This document shows, one piece after another, positions 19,073 through 27,217 of a stretch of DNA of 39,055 nucleotides; position 1 is the stretch's first letter; each line of letters starts with the position of its first letter. The stretch lies in the IMG/VR virus record IMGVR_UViG_3300017408_000002; one strand, given 5' to 3'. Made by a program: the position numbers and the translations under genes. The notes beneath the pieces are model-generated. The model had not been told where the DNA came from. It saw only the letters and a list, made by a program, of their open reading frames with translations, and ran no database searches. Source of the stretch: a virus.

Positions 19073-20659
19073 TCAACCCCAAACCGAACCCGACAACTCT
19101 TTCCGCATCGGCTTGTGCCAGCGGTCGTTTGGTCCTGCTATCACAGGTTTTGTCTTGACAATAGCGGGATGTGCCATGTCGATGGCGCGCCCGATATTGG
19201 CCGCAGCGTCAACCTCGTCGTCCCAGCGCCCGGTCGGGAACTTCTTGTACTGCTCCAAAACCTCATCACCCATGAAGCCGATAGGGATATGCACCTCACC
19301 CATCGCGGCCTTTGCCTGAAACGGCTGCGCCTTGGTGGGTTTGTCACCACCAGCGGTTGATAGTGGCTCGATACGACAGGCGATCTTGTTGCGCCGCATA
19401 GCCGCCATCACGAAGGGTTGCGCCGACTTCCAGTTGTTATCGGCCTCGGGAAACCAGCACAGTGGCTTCCACTTCTTGATGAGCGGCAAGGCACCCTCAT
19501 CGCATAACGTCTGCTCGCCGGTTCGCTCATCCAGCTTGACGCCCATAGCAACGTCGATCGTACCCTGCACGCGGTAACCATCCAGCAACCAGATATGCTG
19601 GTGCTCATCCACACCCCACACCCGGAACACGTTGAAGTCGCTGTCCTCAGTGCCACCAGGAGCATGATCGCTGGTCATGTAGATATTGAGCGCAGCCGGC
19701 TTCTGGCTGTAGCGCTGGAACCACGTAGTTTTGAAATATGTGCCTTCCTCGGCAGACGGCTTCTGCTGATACAAACTTGTCCATGTGCGCACATTGCGCT
19801 GGAACGGCGCCCAATGCTCATGACTGAACCACTCGGGCCACAACGTCTCACCGATTGCACGGCCTAGGGGATCGTCGCGCCGATCTGCGATGGCTGGCAG
19901 ACAGATTACTTTCCACCAACGCCCATCGCGCCCTTCGAATATCCCACTCTCGCCATCCCAATCCTCAGGCAGAATACGGCCAGCAGGGTCATCGGCATGC
20001 CAACGTGTCAGGATCATCACCTGCGGCGCGCCGGGAATCAAGCGCGAGCAGAAGTCATCGACATACGCATCCCATGTCGTGTTGCGGATCGTCTCGCTCT
20101 CTGCCTGCTGACGGCCCTTGATCGGGTCGTCCAGCACGCCCAAGGCCGCACGGTTGCCAGTAAGGCCCGACAGGATACCGCCGGCCATGTACTCAGATCC
20201 GTTGGACAGCGCCCATTCGTCAGCCGCGGACTGATCTCCACGCAATATCGCATCAGGGAATATCTGATTGAACCGGGGTGATTTGATAAGCTGGCGTGCG
20301 CGTCGCCCCTGCTTCTTGGCAATATCGCTCGCATAGCTGGCAAGAATGACGTTTTTACGTGGCTGACGCGCCATGAACCACGGCACACCCACAACGTCTA
20401 CGTACGTGCTTTTGGCGCTCCCTGGCGGCATCAGCACCATCAGATTAGGAACCGCGGGCGTACCGATCTGCTGGAAGTCGCTCAACAGCAGGTCGTGATG
20501 GCTGGCTAGCTTGGGCTGACGCAGCGCGTCGAACTTACTTTCGTCAGGATCGTCGGACAGTGGCACAGTCGGAATATCAACCGAGCATGCGAAGTCCTTG
20601 ACGTAGCGGCGGGCTAGCTCGTGCTGTGCGGCCTCAACGTCCGCCGTTGTCAGTCGCAC
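19073..20659 (-). CDS. terL: Terminase large subunit
   Basis: Walker A-like MPPGSAKST, Walker B/coupling LGVLDDP and ILTRWHADD, C-terminal nuclease-like acidic motifs. 528 aa, upstream of the portal gene. Confidence 0.9.
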   Translation of the reverse strand: MRLTTADVEAAQHELARRYVKDFACSVDIPTVPLSDDPDESKFDALRQPKLASHHDLLLSDFQQIGTPAVPNLMVLMPPGSAKSTYVDVVGVPWFMARQPRKNVILASYASDIAKKQGRRARQLIKSPRFNQIFPDAILRGDQSAADEWALSNGSEYMAGGILSGLTGNRAALGVLDDPIKGRQQAESETIRNTTWDAYVDDFCSRLIPGAPQVMILTRWHADDPAGRILPEDWDGESGIFEGRDGRWWKVICLPAIADRRDDPLGRAIGETLWPEWFSHEHWAPFQRNVRTWTSLYQQKPSAEEGTYFKTTWFQRYSQKPAALNIYMTSDHAPGGTEDSDFNVFRVWGVDEHQHIWLLDGYRVQGTIDVAMGVKLDERTGEQTLCDEGALPLIKKWKPLCWFPEADNNWKSAQPFVMAAMRRNKIACRIEPLSTAGGDKPTKAQPFQAKAAMGEVHIPIGFMGDEVLEQYKKFPTGRWDDEVDAAANIGRAIDMAHPAIVKTKPVIAGPNDRWHKPMRKELSGSVWG

Positions 20660-20888
20660 GCTTTTCCGCCACCCAAGAGTTTAACTGCTGGAATGCAAAT
20701 GCGGGATCAAATCCGACGCGAGAGACACGACAGCCGCAGCGGCCTAGCTCCGGGATTTCTACCGCCATCTCACCGTAGCGAAGGCCACGACTGATTATAA
20801 CTGTTGCTCCAGAGCCAAGCCGCTTTGCGAAACCGCGCTCTTCATCATCCATGACCAACTGGTCATTAATCAGCGTTGCCACTTTCAC
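20634..20888 (-). CDS. Hypothetical protein, start uncertain (GTG 20888, GTG 20882 with GGAGG 6 nt upstream, or ATG 20852)
   Basis: ORF track. Overlaps the TerL start by 26 nt. Confidence 0.45.
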   Translation of the reverse strand: MKVATLINDQLVMDDEERGFAKRLGSGATVIISRGLRYGEMAVEIPELGRCGCRVSRVGFDPAFAFQQLNSWVAEKRATDNGGR

Positions 20889-21000
20889 CCTCCAGCTTCT
20901 CTATCTGCTCATTGATGAGCCGCAGTCGTGCCGCGTAGCCTTCGCCCATGCGCTGACTGGCGTCACGAAGGGCGTAGAGGCGGGCGAGTTCATCCGCCAT
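20866..21000 (-). CDS. Possible 44-aa coiled-coil micro-protein (below the ORF-track cutoff)
   Basis: Hand translation: MADELARLYALRDASQRMGEGYAARLRLINEQIEKLEGESGNAD*. Fills the otherwise empty 101-nt gap. No SD. Confidence 0.3.
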   Translation of the reverse strand: MADELARLYALRDASQRMGEGYAARLRLINEQIEKLEGESGNAD

Positions 21001-21310
21001 TGTTAAGCGCCGCAATCTCGCGAAGGGCCGCCTCGCTCAAGTTACCAACTGGTAGCATCTGAATCTTGATAGCATCGCCGTCCTCACCGGTAACCTGCAT
21101 TGGAAGAACTTTGCCAAGTAGCGCCATGAAAGGCCCGGGGTTCTTCATTGCCTGATCTTCAAGATATCCTACAAGTCCATCGTCTCCACCAGCTTTGCTA
21201 GCCGCTTGTAGTATGGCGTCCTTCAGCAGCGCTGTAGTCTTGTTGACAGCGCCCTTGGGTCGGCCCGGACCCGGCTTGCCATTTCCGATGTTATTTAATT
21301 CCGTGGCCAT
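20990..21310 (-). CDS. Terminase small subunit candidate (106 aa)
   Basis: First gene of the packaging block. N-terminal GNGKPGPGRPKGAVNKT basic DNA-binding motif is common in small terminase-like proteins. Confidence 0.45.
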   Translation of the reverse strand: MATELNNIGNGKPGPGRPKGAVNKTTALLKDAILQAASKAGGDDGLVGYLEDQAMKNPGPFMALLGKVLPMQVTGEDGDAIKIQMLPVGNLSEAALREIAALNNGG

Positions 21311-21316
21311 CACCGG

Positions 21317-21345
21317 AATATAGCACGCGCAATCGCGTTCGCCAA
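21317..21345 (-). promoter_or_regulatory. Sigma70-like promoter candidate (TTGGCG-N17-TATATT) for the packaging/structural operon, possibly leaderless
   Basis: Reverse complement reads ttggcgaacgcgattgcgcgtgctatattccggtgATG. The -10 ends 6 nt before ATG 21310, and no SD is present. Confidence 0.3.
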
Positions 21346-21395
21346 GTTGCGACCAAGTCCATAAAACAGCCCCTGATTAAACCACCGCCATCTGC

Positions 21396-21602
21396 TCAAC
21401 GCCCATCATCCCACATATGCACCCGCACGGCCTCGATGGCGGCACGGGCATCGTCACGGAAGTCATCACGGGTAAACGCGCTTTCGTAACCGCGAGCCCG
21501 CCGCTCAATCTTCGTGTTCGGCAACGCCAGCCAATCGGACTCATCGCCGCCATAAATCGCCCGAGCCACCCGCTCCACCAAAGCCTCGTCATCCAGGATC
21601 AT
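21396..21602 (-). CDS. Hypothetical protein (68 aa)
   Basis: ORF track. GGGAGAG SD 5 nt upstream of the ATG. Confidence 0.55.
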   Translation of the reverse strand: MILDDEALVERVARAIYGGDESDWLALPNTKIERRARGYESAFTRDDFRDDARAAIEAVRVHMWDDGR

Positions 21603-21603
21603 G

Positions 21604-21771
21604 CTACTCTCCCTTTCGGTGGGTGGGGGTGATCTTGCCCTGAAGCCAAAGGAGCGATGACCCCATGGCGTACATAAGCCGGGCCATTGCAGCGGTGCGC
21701 CAAGTGACCAGATCCCGATGCGCCATGATGAAGCGATAGTTTGCTTCTAGCTGCTTGCGTTGCTTGCTCAC
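21604..21771 (-). CDS. Hypothetical 55-aa protein (below the ORF-track cutoff), replacing track ORF 21599..21862
   Basis: Hand translation: VSKQRKQLEANYRFIMAHRDLVTWRTAAMARLMYAMGSSLLWLQGKITPTHRKGE*. GTGA overlap with the upstream stop. Ends 2 nt before the next ATG. About 39/55 codons have G/C at position 3. Confidence 0.4.
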   Translation of the reverse strand: MSKQRKQLEANYRFIMAHRDLVTWRTAAMARLMYAMGSSLLWLQGKITPTHRKGE

Positions 21772-21971
21772 CGCCCCGCCTCCTTTTCGAGGGCGCGCAA
21801 GACGTGCCGCGCGTCGGGGTGAATGATGCGGTTTGCCGCCATAAGAGCAGCCGTGAAGTCACGACCCTCGTCGTCTGTGAGCGCCTGTCCCTGCACCCAA
21901 GCTTCGATGCATCGGTCCAAAGCGTCGAGTGACATGGCTAGGACCAACTGCTCGCTTTCCGATAGCGTCAT
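21768..21971 (-). CDS. Hypothetical protein (67 aa)
   Basis: Start refined to MTLSESEQ (ATGA overlap at 21968-21971). Confidence 0.5.
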   Translation of the reverse strand: MTLSESEQLVLAMSLDALDRCIEAWVQGQALTDDEGRDFTAALMAANRIIHPDARHVLRALEKEAGR

Positions 21972-22438
21972 GACCGATCCCCCGCAGCAAGGGCGCGGCC
22001 GCGCTTGATGGCGGCGAGGGCTAGCGAAACACCGGCTTGCGGGTCCTCGTCCTTCTCCCCAGCGAGAATGCGCGGCACCCACTTGTGGCCCAGCTTGTCG
22101 GCTTCTACGGCAGCCATTTCCCTTGCAGCGATCAGATCCGCATCAACCGGCTCGGGCAGCAGGGCGACGATGGCGCGGGCGCGCTCCCACGCCTCGAAGC
22201 CCCAGCGCGTGTAGTAATCCGCGTGCAGCCCACGAACGTGCTCCATCCACTGTGCGAGGCCGATAGCGCGCTCAACCACCTCCGGCCCCACCTCACTCGG
22301 GCTTGGCGCTGGGTGGGGCTTTGCGAGCGGTGAGCCAGCCATATACGAGCACGCCCTGCCATCACTGGGACGTAGATGCTGGCCGAACTCGCCGACTTGG
22401 CCCGAGAACCCGCATTTATTGCAGAAGCCGGTCGTCAT
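21968..22438 (-). CDS. Hypothetical protein (156 aa) with N-terminal CxxC
   Basis: Start refined to MTTGFCNKCGF (ATGA overlap at 22435-22438). Confidence 0.55.
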   Translation of the reverse strand: MTTGFCNKCGFSGQVGEFGQHLRPSDGRACSYMAGSPLAKPHPAPSPSEVGPEVVERAIGLAQWMEHVRGLHADYYTRWGFEAWERARAIVALLPEPVDADLIAAREMAAVEADKLGHKWVPRILAGEKDEDPQAGVSLALAAIKRGRALAAGDRS

Positions 22439-22695
22439 GCTTCCGTCTCCGAAGTGGCGAGGGCAACCTTCATCATTGCGACCCAAGAATCATGCGCCGC
22501 ATCGTAATCAGCGCGCGCCCCAACTCGTGGCATTTGCGCGGTAATTTCAGGTGCCCCCGCGAGCTTCATTGCCATCGTCGGTTGAATAGCAGCTTGCAGG
22601 ACTATACGCGCTAAGCGCGCATAGTTTCTTGCGTCTGCAATTACGTGGCCGTCATCGCGGATAGCCTGAGCGCAACGATCAATCATTTCACTCAT
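22435..22695 (-). CDS. Hypothetical protein (86 aa)
   Basis: ORF track. AGAGGA SD upstream. Confidence 0.55.
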   Translation of the reverse strand: MSEMIDRCAQAIRDDGHVIADARNYARLARIVLQAAIQPTMAMKLAGAPEITAQMPRVGARADYDAAHDSWVAMMKVALATSETEA

Positions 22696-22721
22696 CTCTC
22701 AATATCCTCTTAGCAGCCGGA

Positions 22722-23075
22722 TCATGCCGACGTCTCCGGTGTGGGGATGACAGGTGTCGTCTTAGTGATCGCGCGACGAACAGCGCTCAGCGCGTTCAGC
22801 TTGATGCCAAATTTCTCGGAGGGCTTTGCCGACAGCGCTTCTTCTGCAAGAAGCAGAGCCGCCAGCAGATCGGGTGCGGCAGCCATCAGGCGAGCATTGG
22901 CAGCCAGTTCCTGTTCTGAGGTGCGATTCTTAACCGATCGACTTTGGTAAGAATATCCCCCACTAATAAGGGCGCTGAAGCGATTGACATCCCCAATCTC
23001 ATCAAGGGCGTAGACCATTGTGCTGCCATTGCGGGACGCCAAAAACCATTCCCCAGGCGTATGCTTCTCACTCAT
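22722..23075 (-). CDS. Conserved phage protein of unknown function (TPGEW ... ANARLMAAAPDLL motif family)
   Basis: HTPGEWF near the N-terminus and ELAANARLMAAAPDLLAAL are a recurrent signature of small uncharacterised phage proteins. ATGA overlap with the HNH stop. Confidence 0.6.
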   Translation of the reverse strand: MSEKHTPGEWFLASRNGSTMVYALDEIGDVNRFSALISGGYSYQSRSVKNRTSEQELAANARLMAAAPDLLAALLLAEEALSAKPSEKFGIKLNALSAVRRAITKTTPVIPTPETSA

Positions 23076-23722
23076 GCCCCATTCTCCAATTCGAAACGGT
23101 CTGCGGCGAGGGCGTCAGCTGCGTTTCCTGCTTCATTGCCATACGCTGCAAAATTGGCTTGGCGGCGACCGACTTCATAGTCCGGCTTTCTCCCCTCTTT
23201 CAGTTCGGCAGCGCAAAATTCACTAAACACATTGTTGAAAACTATGCGGCGCCGCCACTCACTGCCATTAGCACAACCGCCTTTCTTGCCGGTCGCCTCC
23301 ATAGTTGCTTTAGCCTTGGCAACCGCTACCGCTCTTTTTTCCGGGGAAATATCCCGAGTATTTTGCTCGGGCGTCCCCCATTGTAAATGAGCCGGGTTAC
23401 AGCACACTGGATTGTCGCACATATGCCTTGCGATACTAGGACAGTTGTAAACCACCTTCTTGACCGCGAACATATCCCACTGTCCCGTCTTCAGGACGAG
23501 CGAAATGCGATGAGCCTGATACTGGCCATATTTGCTGAAAAACCAGCCGTAGCCGCTGGTTCGCTTTTCGCCAGTCCATGGCCAACAGGCGTCATCGCCG
23601 GCGGATTTATCCACCTTGCTCCAAAACAGCTTCTTGGTTACATCATCAAACACAGCGGCACCTCCATTGCCGTTAGGGGTGACATCGAGCGGACCTACCA
23701 AGAACGCTCTGTCACCCCGCAC
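23072..23722 (-). CDS. HNH (HNH_3-type) homing endonuclease-like protein
   Basis: CWPWTGEKRTSGYGWF...YQAHRISL...HMCDNPVCCNPAHLQWGTPEQNTRD. Free-standing and lower GC (hand count 28/60). GTG start uncertain. Confidence 0.8.
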   Translation of the reverse strand: MRGDRAFLVGPLDVTPNGNGGAAVFDDVTKKLFWSKVDKSAGDDACWPWTGEKRTSGYGWFFSKYGQYQAHRISLVLKTGQWDMFAVKKVVYNCPSIARHMCDNPVCCNPAHLQWGTPEQNTRDISPEKRAVAVAKAKATMEATGKKGGCANGSEWRRRIVFNNVFSEFCAAELKEGRKPDYEVGRRQANFAAYGNEAGNAADALAADRFELENGA

Positions 23723-23810
23723 CTTACACCAAAATCGATTTCTCTCAAGACCCCTTTTTCCTCACCGCACAACCACGGCAGGGGGAGGGGTTAGCGCTAC
23801 GTCGTCTGCT

Positions 23811-23977
23811 TCCCCAATCCCAATCTGGAAAACATGCCAGCCTCCCCAATTTCATCCCCAAACATACGCCCCCCCCTTTAGGGGGGCGTGTTTTGGGGAA
23901 TTGGGGATTGGCAGTTTTCCGCCATTCTTGAATCCAATTTCCCAAAACATTCCCCAATTATTTTACCCAATTGGGGA
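23811..23977. repeat. Cluster of seven TTGGGGA/TCCCCAA heptamers in both orientations. Iteron or origin candidate.
   Basis: TCCCCAA at 23811, 23843, 23855 and 23951. TTGGGGA at 23893, 23901 and 23971. The copies flank a GC hairpin and form an imperfect palindrome of about 65 bp (23843-23907). Confidence 0.6.
23866..23894 (-). terminator. GC-rich hairpin (9-bp stem acgcccccc/ggggggcgt, 6-nt loop). Likely intrinsic, bidirectional terminator after the primase-helicase gene.
   Basis: Perfect stem 23866-23874 / 23881-23889. T-run (gtttt) on the plus side and tatgttt on the minus side. Lies 70 nt downstream of the primase stop. Confidence 0.5.
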
Positions 23978-26101
23978 AAGCCCAAAAGCCTTGTTCGCGG
24001 CCTCGATATTGGCCCGCAAGCCCTTTGCCGCGCGGCCCTTCACGCTATCGTGAAAATCATACTCTTCGATCATCTTGCCATCCATCAATAGGCCGGTGAT
24101 CTTGCGCGCCTCGTCATCCTCAACGCCCATCATGTCGCCAATCAGATAACCGATCCAGCGCTTCGACCCGCCGGCCGCGCTCTTGCTGAAGGGCTGGTCC
24201 GTAGCCACGCCATCCTGATCGACAAAGCCTTCTTCAAGCGTATTCAGCACCCGCATAATCTGCGATGGCTCATAGGCACCAAGACCGTTGGGCACCCATG
24301 GCTTAAGTGCGCCAACCTCGTCGCCGCCCTCGCTATCGTCAGCCGCCCCGTTCTGAAGGACGACCGAAATCTTCTCGAACCAGGAACGTCCGCCGATTAG
24401 CGAATTGTTGGACTTGGCGTCGTCATAGCGGACGTATCGAAAGCGATCGTCTTCCTTCACCGATAATGCCGACGCCTCGCCCTTCGACATCACGAACAGC
24501 GTCGCAGCCAAGCGCGCTGAATTGACGATGGCGCCGCCACCGCGAATCACATCCGCACTGCCAGCCTTATCCTCCGATCCCTTGGTGGTGTGATGCACCA
24601 GATAGACCGCAGCGCCCGTAGGCCGAGCGATCTTATCTCGCCATATTTTCATCGCCCACTTGGTATCGCCGTTGCTATTTTCGTCACCGTCGAACGTCTC
24701 TGCGAACGGGTCCACGATCACCACGTCAATGCCGTAATGCTTGATGACATCCACCAACTGGTCCACCAGCGGCGTCGCGATCAGAGATTTTTTCACCGGA
24801 TCGCTGGTGGACATCAGGATATTTTCCGGAGCATCGGCAAGCATTATCTGCCCGCGCTCGGCGCCAAACCCCATCACCGTTTGCGCCGCCACCATGCGCC
24901 GCCGCTGCTCGGCTATGTCGTCCTCGGCATTGATGATGAGCACCTTGCACTTCTTCTTCGGGCGCCACTTCGCCCATTCCCTACCCGCAGCCAGCATAAG
25001 CCCAAGCTGCAACGTAAACACCGATTTGCCGGTGCCACCAGGCGCTGCAAGAATGTGCGTGGATCCCGCCAGCAACGCGCCGGGAATGATCCACGGGCGC
25101 AACGGTATGTCTGCTTCCTTGAAATCCATGGCATCCACGAATGAGATTGCGCATGGCGGTGCCGCTGCCGGCGGCTCGGGACGATTGGCGAAATCGATCA
25201 AGCCTTGTCGGAATGTCGCGGCGACAGCCTCCACACCTTGCTCGATCATCTGGCCGTTGAAGTCGTCGTCCCCACTGGCAAGTTGCGGAGGCGCAATGAC
25301 CGGGACACCCAGCTCCGCGCCAAGCTGCTCCATGGCGGACAGGCCCTTGCGATCCGCGGCAATGACCACACCCACACCGGCGGCGATCATCTCGCGCGCG
25401 ATATTCTCAACCTGACCCGCGCTGAAAGCGATGCACACCTTGTCGGGCACGGCCTCATAAATAGATGCGCCTGTTGCAAAGCCTTCGCAGATCGTGACGC
25501 GGCCGAAACCGATGCCGATGTAGAAGCGCGCACCGACCGTGGGGGCATCTTTCTGGAACCGTTTGGTGCCATCCGGCGCGATCGACTGGACGTTGATGAT
25601 GTCGCCATTCGCGTCCCACATCGGCACAAGGAGATTATCGCCCTCCATACGCGCCCCGCATGGCGCGACATACTTGCGCTCCAGATAGCCTTGCGTGCCT
25701 TCAACGTCGCGCGCCCGATCCCATCGACGGTTAGCCTGCTCAATCGCGGCCTTGCGTAGCTGCTGGGCAATCGCTTCCTGCCCCGCCAGCCATTCCTTAC
25801 GCTTTTGCCGGTCGGTATCGGACAGCTCGATAGACTGGCCGCCGGTCAACCGGCCCACGGCCTCGGCGATAGTGATATGCTCAATCTTGGAAACGAAGTC
25901 GATCACATCGCCATGCGCGCCGCATCCGAAGCAATGCCAATGCTCATCCGATTCCTTGAACTTCAGGCTCGGGCTGTTCTCGTTGTGGAAGGGGCATAGC
26001 CCTTCATACCAACCGCTGTGCTTGCGCAATTTGATCGTGCGGCCGATCACCTCATCAAGCGGGTAACTTTGCTTGATGGCGTCAAAGTCGTGGCCCTTCA
26101 T
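23963..26101 (-). CDS. Bifunctional DNA primase-helicase (zf-CHC2 + Toprim + RecA/DnaB-like ATPase), P4-alpha-like architecture
   Basis: CPFHNENSPSLKF...WHCFGCGAHGDVIDFV (CHC2 zinc finger). Toprim-like TICEGFATG...VVIAADRK. Walker A LAAPGGTGKS, Walker B DVVIVDPF. Confidence 0.9.
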   Translation of the reverse strand: MKGHDFDAIKQSYPLDEVIGRTIKLRKHSGWYEGLCPFHNENSPSLKFKESDEHWHCFGCGAHGDVIDFVSKIEHITIAEAVGRLTGGQSIELSDTDRQKRKEWLAGQEAIAQQLRKAAIEQANRRWDRARDVEGTQGYLERKYVAPCGARMEGDNLLVPMWDANGDIINVQSIAPDGTKRFQKDAPTVGARFYIGIGFGRVTICEGFATGASIYEAVPDKVCIAFSAGQVENIAREMIAAGVGVVIAADRKGLSAMEQLGAELGVPVIAPPQLASGDDDFNGQMIEQGVEAVAATFRQGLIDFANRPEPPAAAPPCAISFVDAMDFKEADIPLRPWIIPGALLAGSTHILAAPGGTGKSVFTLQLGLMLAAGREWAKWRPKKKCKVLIINAEDDIAEQRRRMVAAQTVMGFGAERGQIMLADAPENILMSTSDPVKKSLIATPLVDQLVDVIKHYGIDVVIVDPFAETFDGDENSNGDTKWAMKIWRDKIARPTGAAVYLVHHTTKGSEDKAGSADVIRGGGAIVNSARLAATLFVMSKGEASALSVKEDDRFRYVRYDDAKSNNSLIGGRSWFEKISVVLQNGAADDSEGGDEVGALKPWVPNGLGAYEPSQIMRVLNTLEEGFVDQDGVATDQPFSKSAAGGSKRWIGYLIGDMMGVEDDEARKITGLLMDGKMIEEYDFHDSVKGRAAKGLRANIEAANKAFGLSPIG

Positions 26102-26271
26102 ACCGCTGACCCCTGGAGGTAGTCGGATAGCGCTTTTACAGTCGCATATGTCGGCTCGTTGCCCCGCTTAATGAGGTTGTAGATCTTCATATAAGGCACG
26201 CCACTACGCCGGCTTACCTCCATCAGATTGCGGTCCTCCAGCTTGTCCTTGATGTCGGTGGGCGTCAGCAT
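26098..26271 (-). CDS. XRE/Cro-type helix-turn-helix regulator (57 aa)
   Basis: Start refined to MLTPTDIKDKLEDRNLMEVSRRSGVPYMKIYNLIKRG (HTH). GAGGGA SD. ATGA overlap with the primase start. The upstream part of track ORF 26098..26508 looks non-coding. Confidence 0.7.
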   Translation of the reverse strand: MLTPTDIKDKLEDRNLMEVSRRSGVPYMKIYNLIKRGNEPTYATVKALSDYLQGSAV

Positions 26272-26293
26272 GTTTTTCCCTCGTGCTAAAATT

Positions 26294-26332
26294 GTTGCTT
26301 GACTACTAACGCGAGCCGCGTTCATAAGCAAC
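26294..26332. promoter_or_regulatory. 7-bp inverted repeat GTTGCTT-N25-AAGCAAC bracketing a TTGACT-N18-CATAAG promoter-like element. Operator candidate.
   Basis: Read in the 85-nt divergent intergenic region between the HTH gene (minus) and the ATPase gene (plus). Confidence 0.3.
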
Positions 26333-26356
26333 CCCGCAAGAAAGGAAGAAGCCAAT

Positions 26357-27217
26357 ATGTCCATCTTATCCCGCGCCTCCAAACCGGAGGCCGAACCCTT
26401 CGTCGGCACCATCGTCGGCGTACAGGGTACAGGCAAGACCAGCCTGGCCTGCACATTCCCAGACGTGTTTATGATCCGCACGCAGGGCGAAAAGCCGCCG
26501 CAGGACATTCCGGATAACCAGCAGCCTACGACGCTGGAAATCGAAACCGCAGCCGAGCTGTGGGATGCGCTGAAAGCGCTTCTGCGTGAGGATCACGCCT
26601 TTAAGACGCTGGCATTCGACACCGCGACTGGCCTCGACATCTTGTTCACCCAAGACGTGCTTGCGGCAGACGCAAACGCTCGCGGCCTGAACCAGAGCCA
26701 CGGCGGCTATGGCAATGGCGCTAGCATGGTGTCCGCGATGCACATGCGGGTGCGCAAGGCCGCTGAGATGCTGCGCAAACAGAAGGGCATGAATATTATC
26801 TTTCTGGCGCATGCCGAGATCGTGGATGTGTCACCGCCTGACGGTGAACCATATTCGTCCTACTCGCTGCGGCTGCCCAAGAAGTCGATGGCGCCCTACC
26901 TGGACTCCGTGGACTGCGTTGGCTTCCTGAAGCAGGAGCGTATCGTGCGCGGTGCCGTCGAAGCAAAGGGCGACCGCGGCGCAAAGCCGGGGCGTGCCAT
27001 CAGCAGTGGCGACCGGGTGCTGGTGACGTACCTGACGCCGGCAATGGCGAGCAAGAACCGCTACGGCATCACCGAGGATCTTGAGGTTGTGAAGGGCGAA
27101 AACCCGCTGGCCGCTTATGTGGGGCAGGGAAAGCCCAAGAAGGTACGACCCAAACCCGAGCCGGTGAACGAAGACAATACCCCTGACAGCATTGATGAAG
27201 AGGAGAATGCAGCGTGA
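26357..27217 (+). CDS. AAA_24 / Sak4-like RecA-fold ATPase (recombination/annealing helper)
   Basis: Walker A VGVQGTGKTSLA, Walker B-like TLAFDTATG, NIIFLAHAE. Acidic C-tail. AGGAAG SD. Confidence 0.8.
   Translation: MSILSRASKPEAEPFVGTIVGVQGTGKTSLACTFPDVFMIRTQGEKPPQDIPDNQQPTTLEIETAAELWDALKALLREDHAFKTLAFDTATGLDILFTQDVLAADANARGLNQSHGGYGNGASMVSAMHMRVRKAAEMLRKQKGMNIIFLAHAEIVDVSPPDGEPYSSYSLRLPKKSMAPYLDSVDCVGFLKQERIVRGAVEAKGDRGAKPGRAISSGDRVLVTYLTPAMASKNRYGITEDLEVVKGENPLAAYVGQGKPKKVRPKPEPVNEDNTPDSIDEEENAA

Noticed and set aside
21599-21862. 87-aa track ORF between two small minus-strand genes
   Set aside because: It overlaps the better-supported 21768..21971 gene by 95 nt and has an odd R/S/H-rich composition. 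A 55-codon ORF in another frame (21604..21771) fits the GTGA coupling and fills the gap exactly.
23811-23977. Short repeat cluster considered as a CRISPR array
   Set aside because: The repeats are only 7 nt long, occur in both orientations, have irregular spacing and have no cas genes nearby. This is inconsistent with CRISPR and fits iterons or a palindrome better.
26272-26508. Upstream 79 codons of track ORF 26098..26508 (136 aa)
   Set aside because: That part overlaps the divergent promoter region and the start of the ATPase gene. The recognisable HTH domain begins at ATG 26271, which has a GAGGGA SD.
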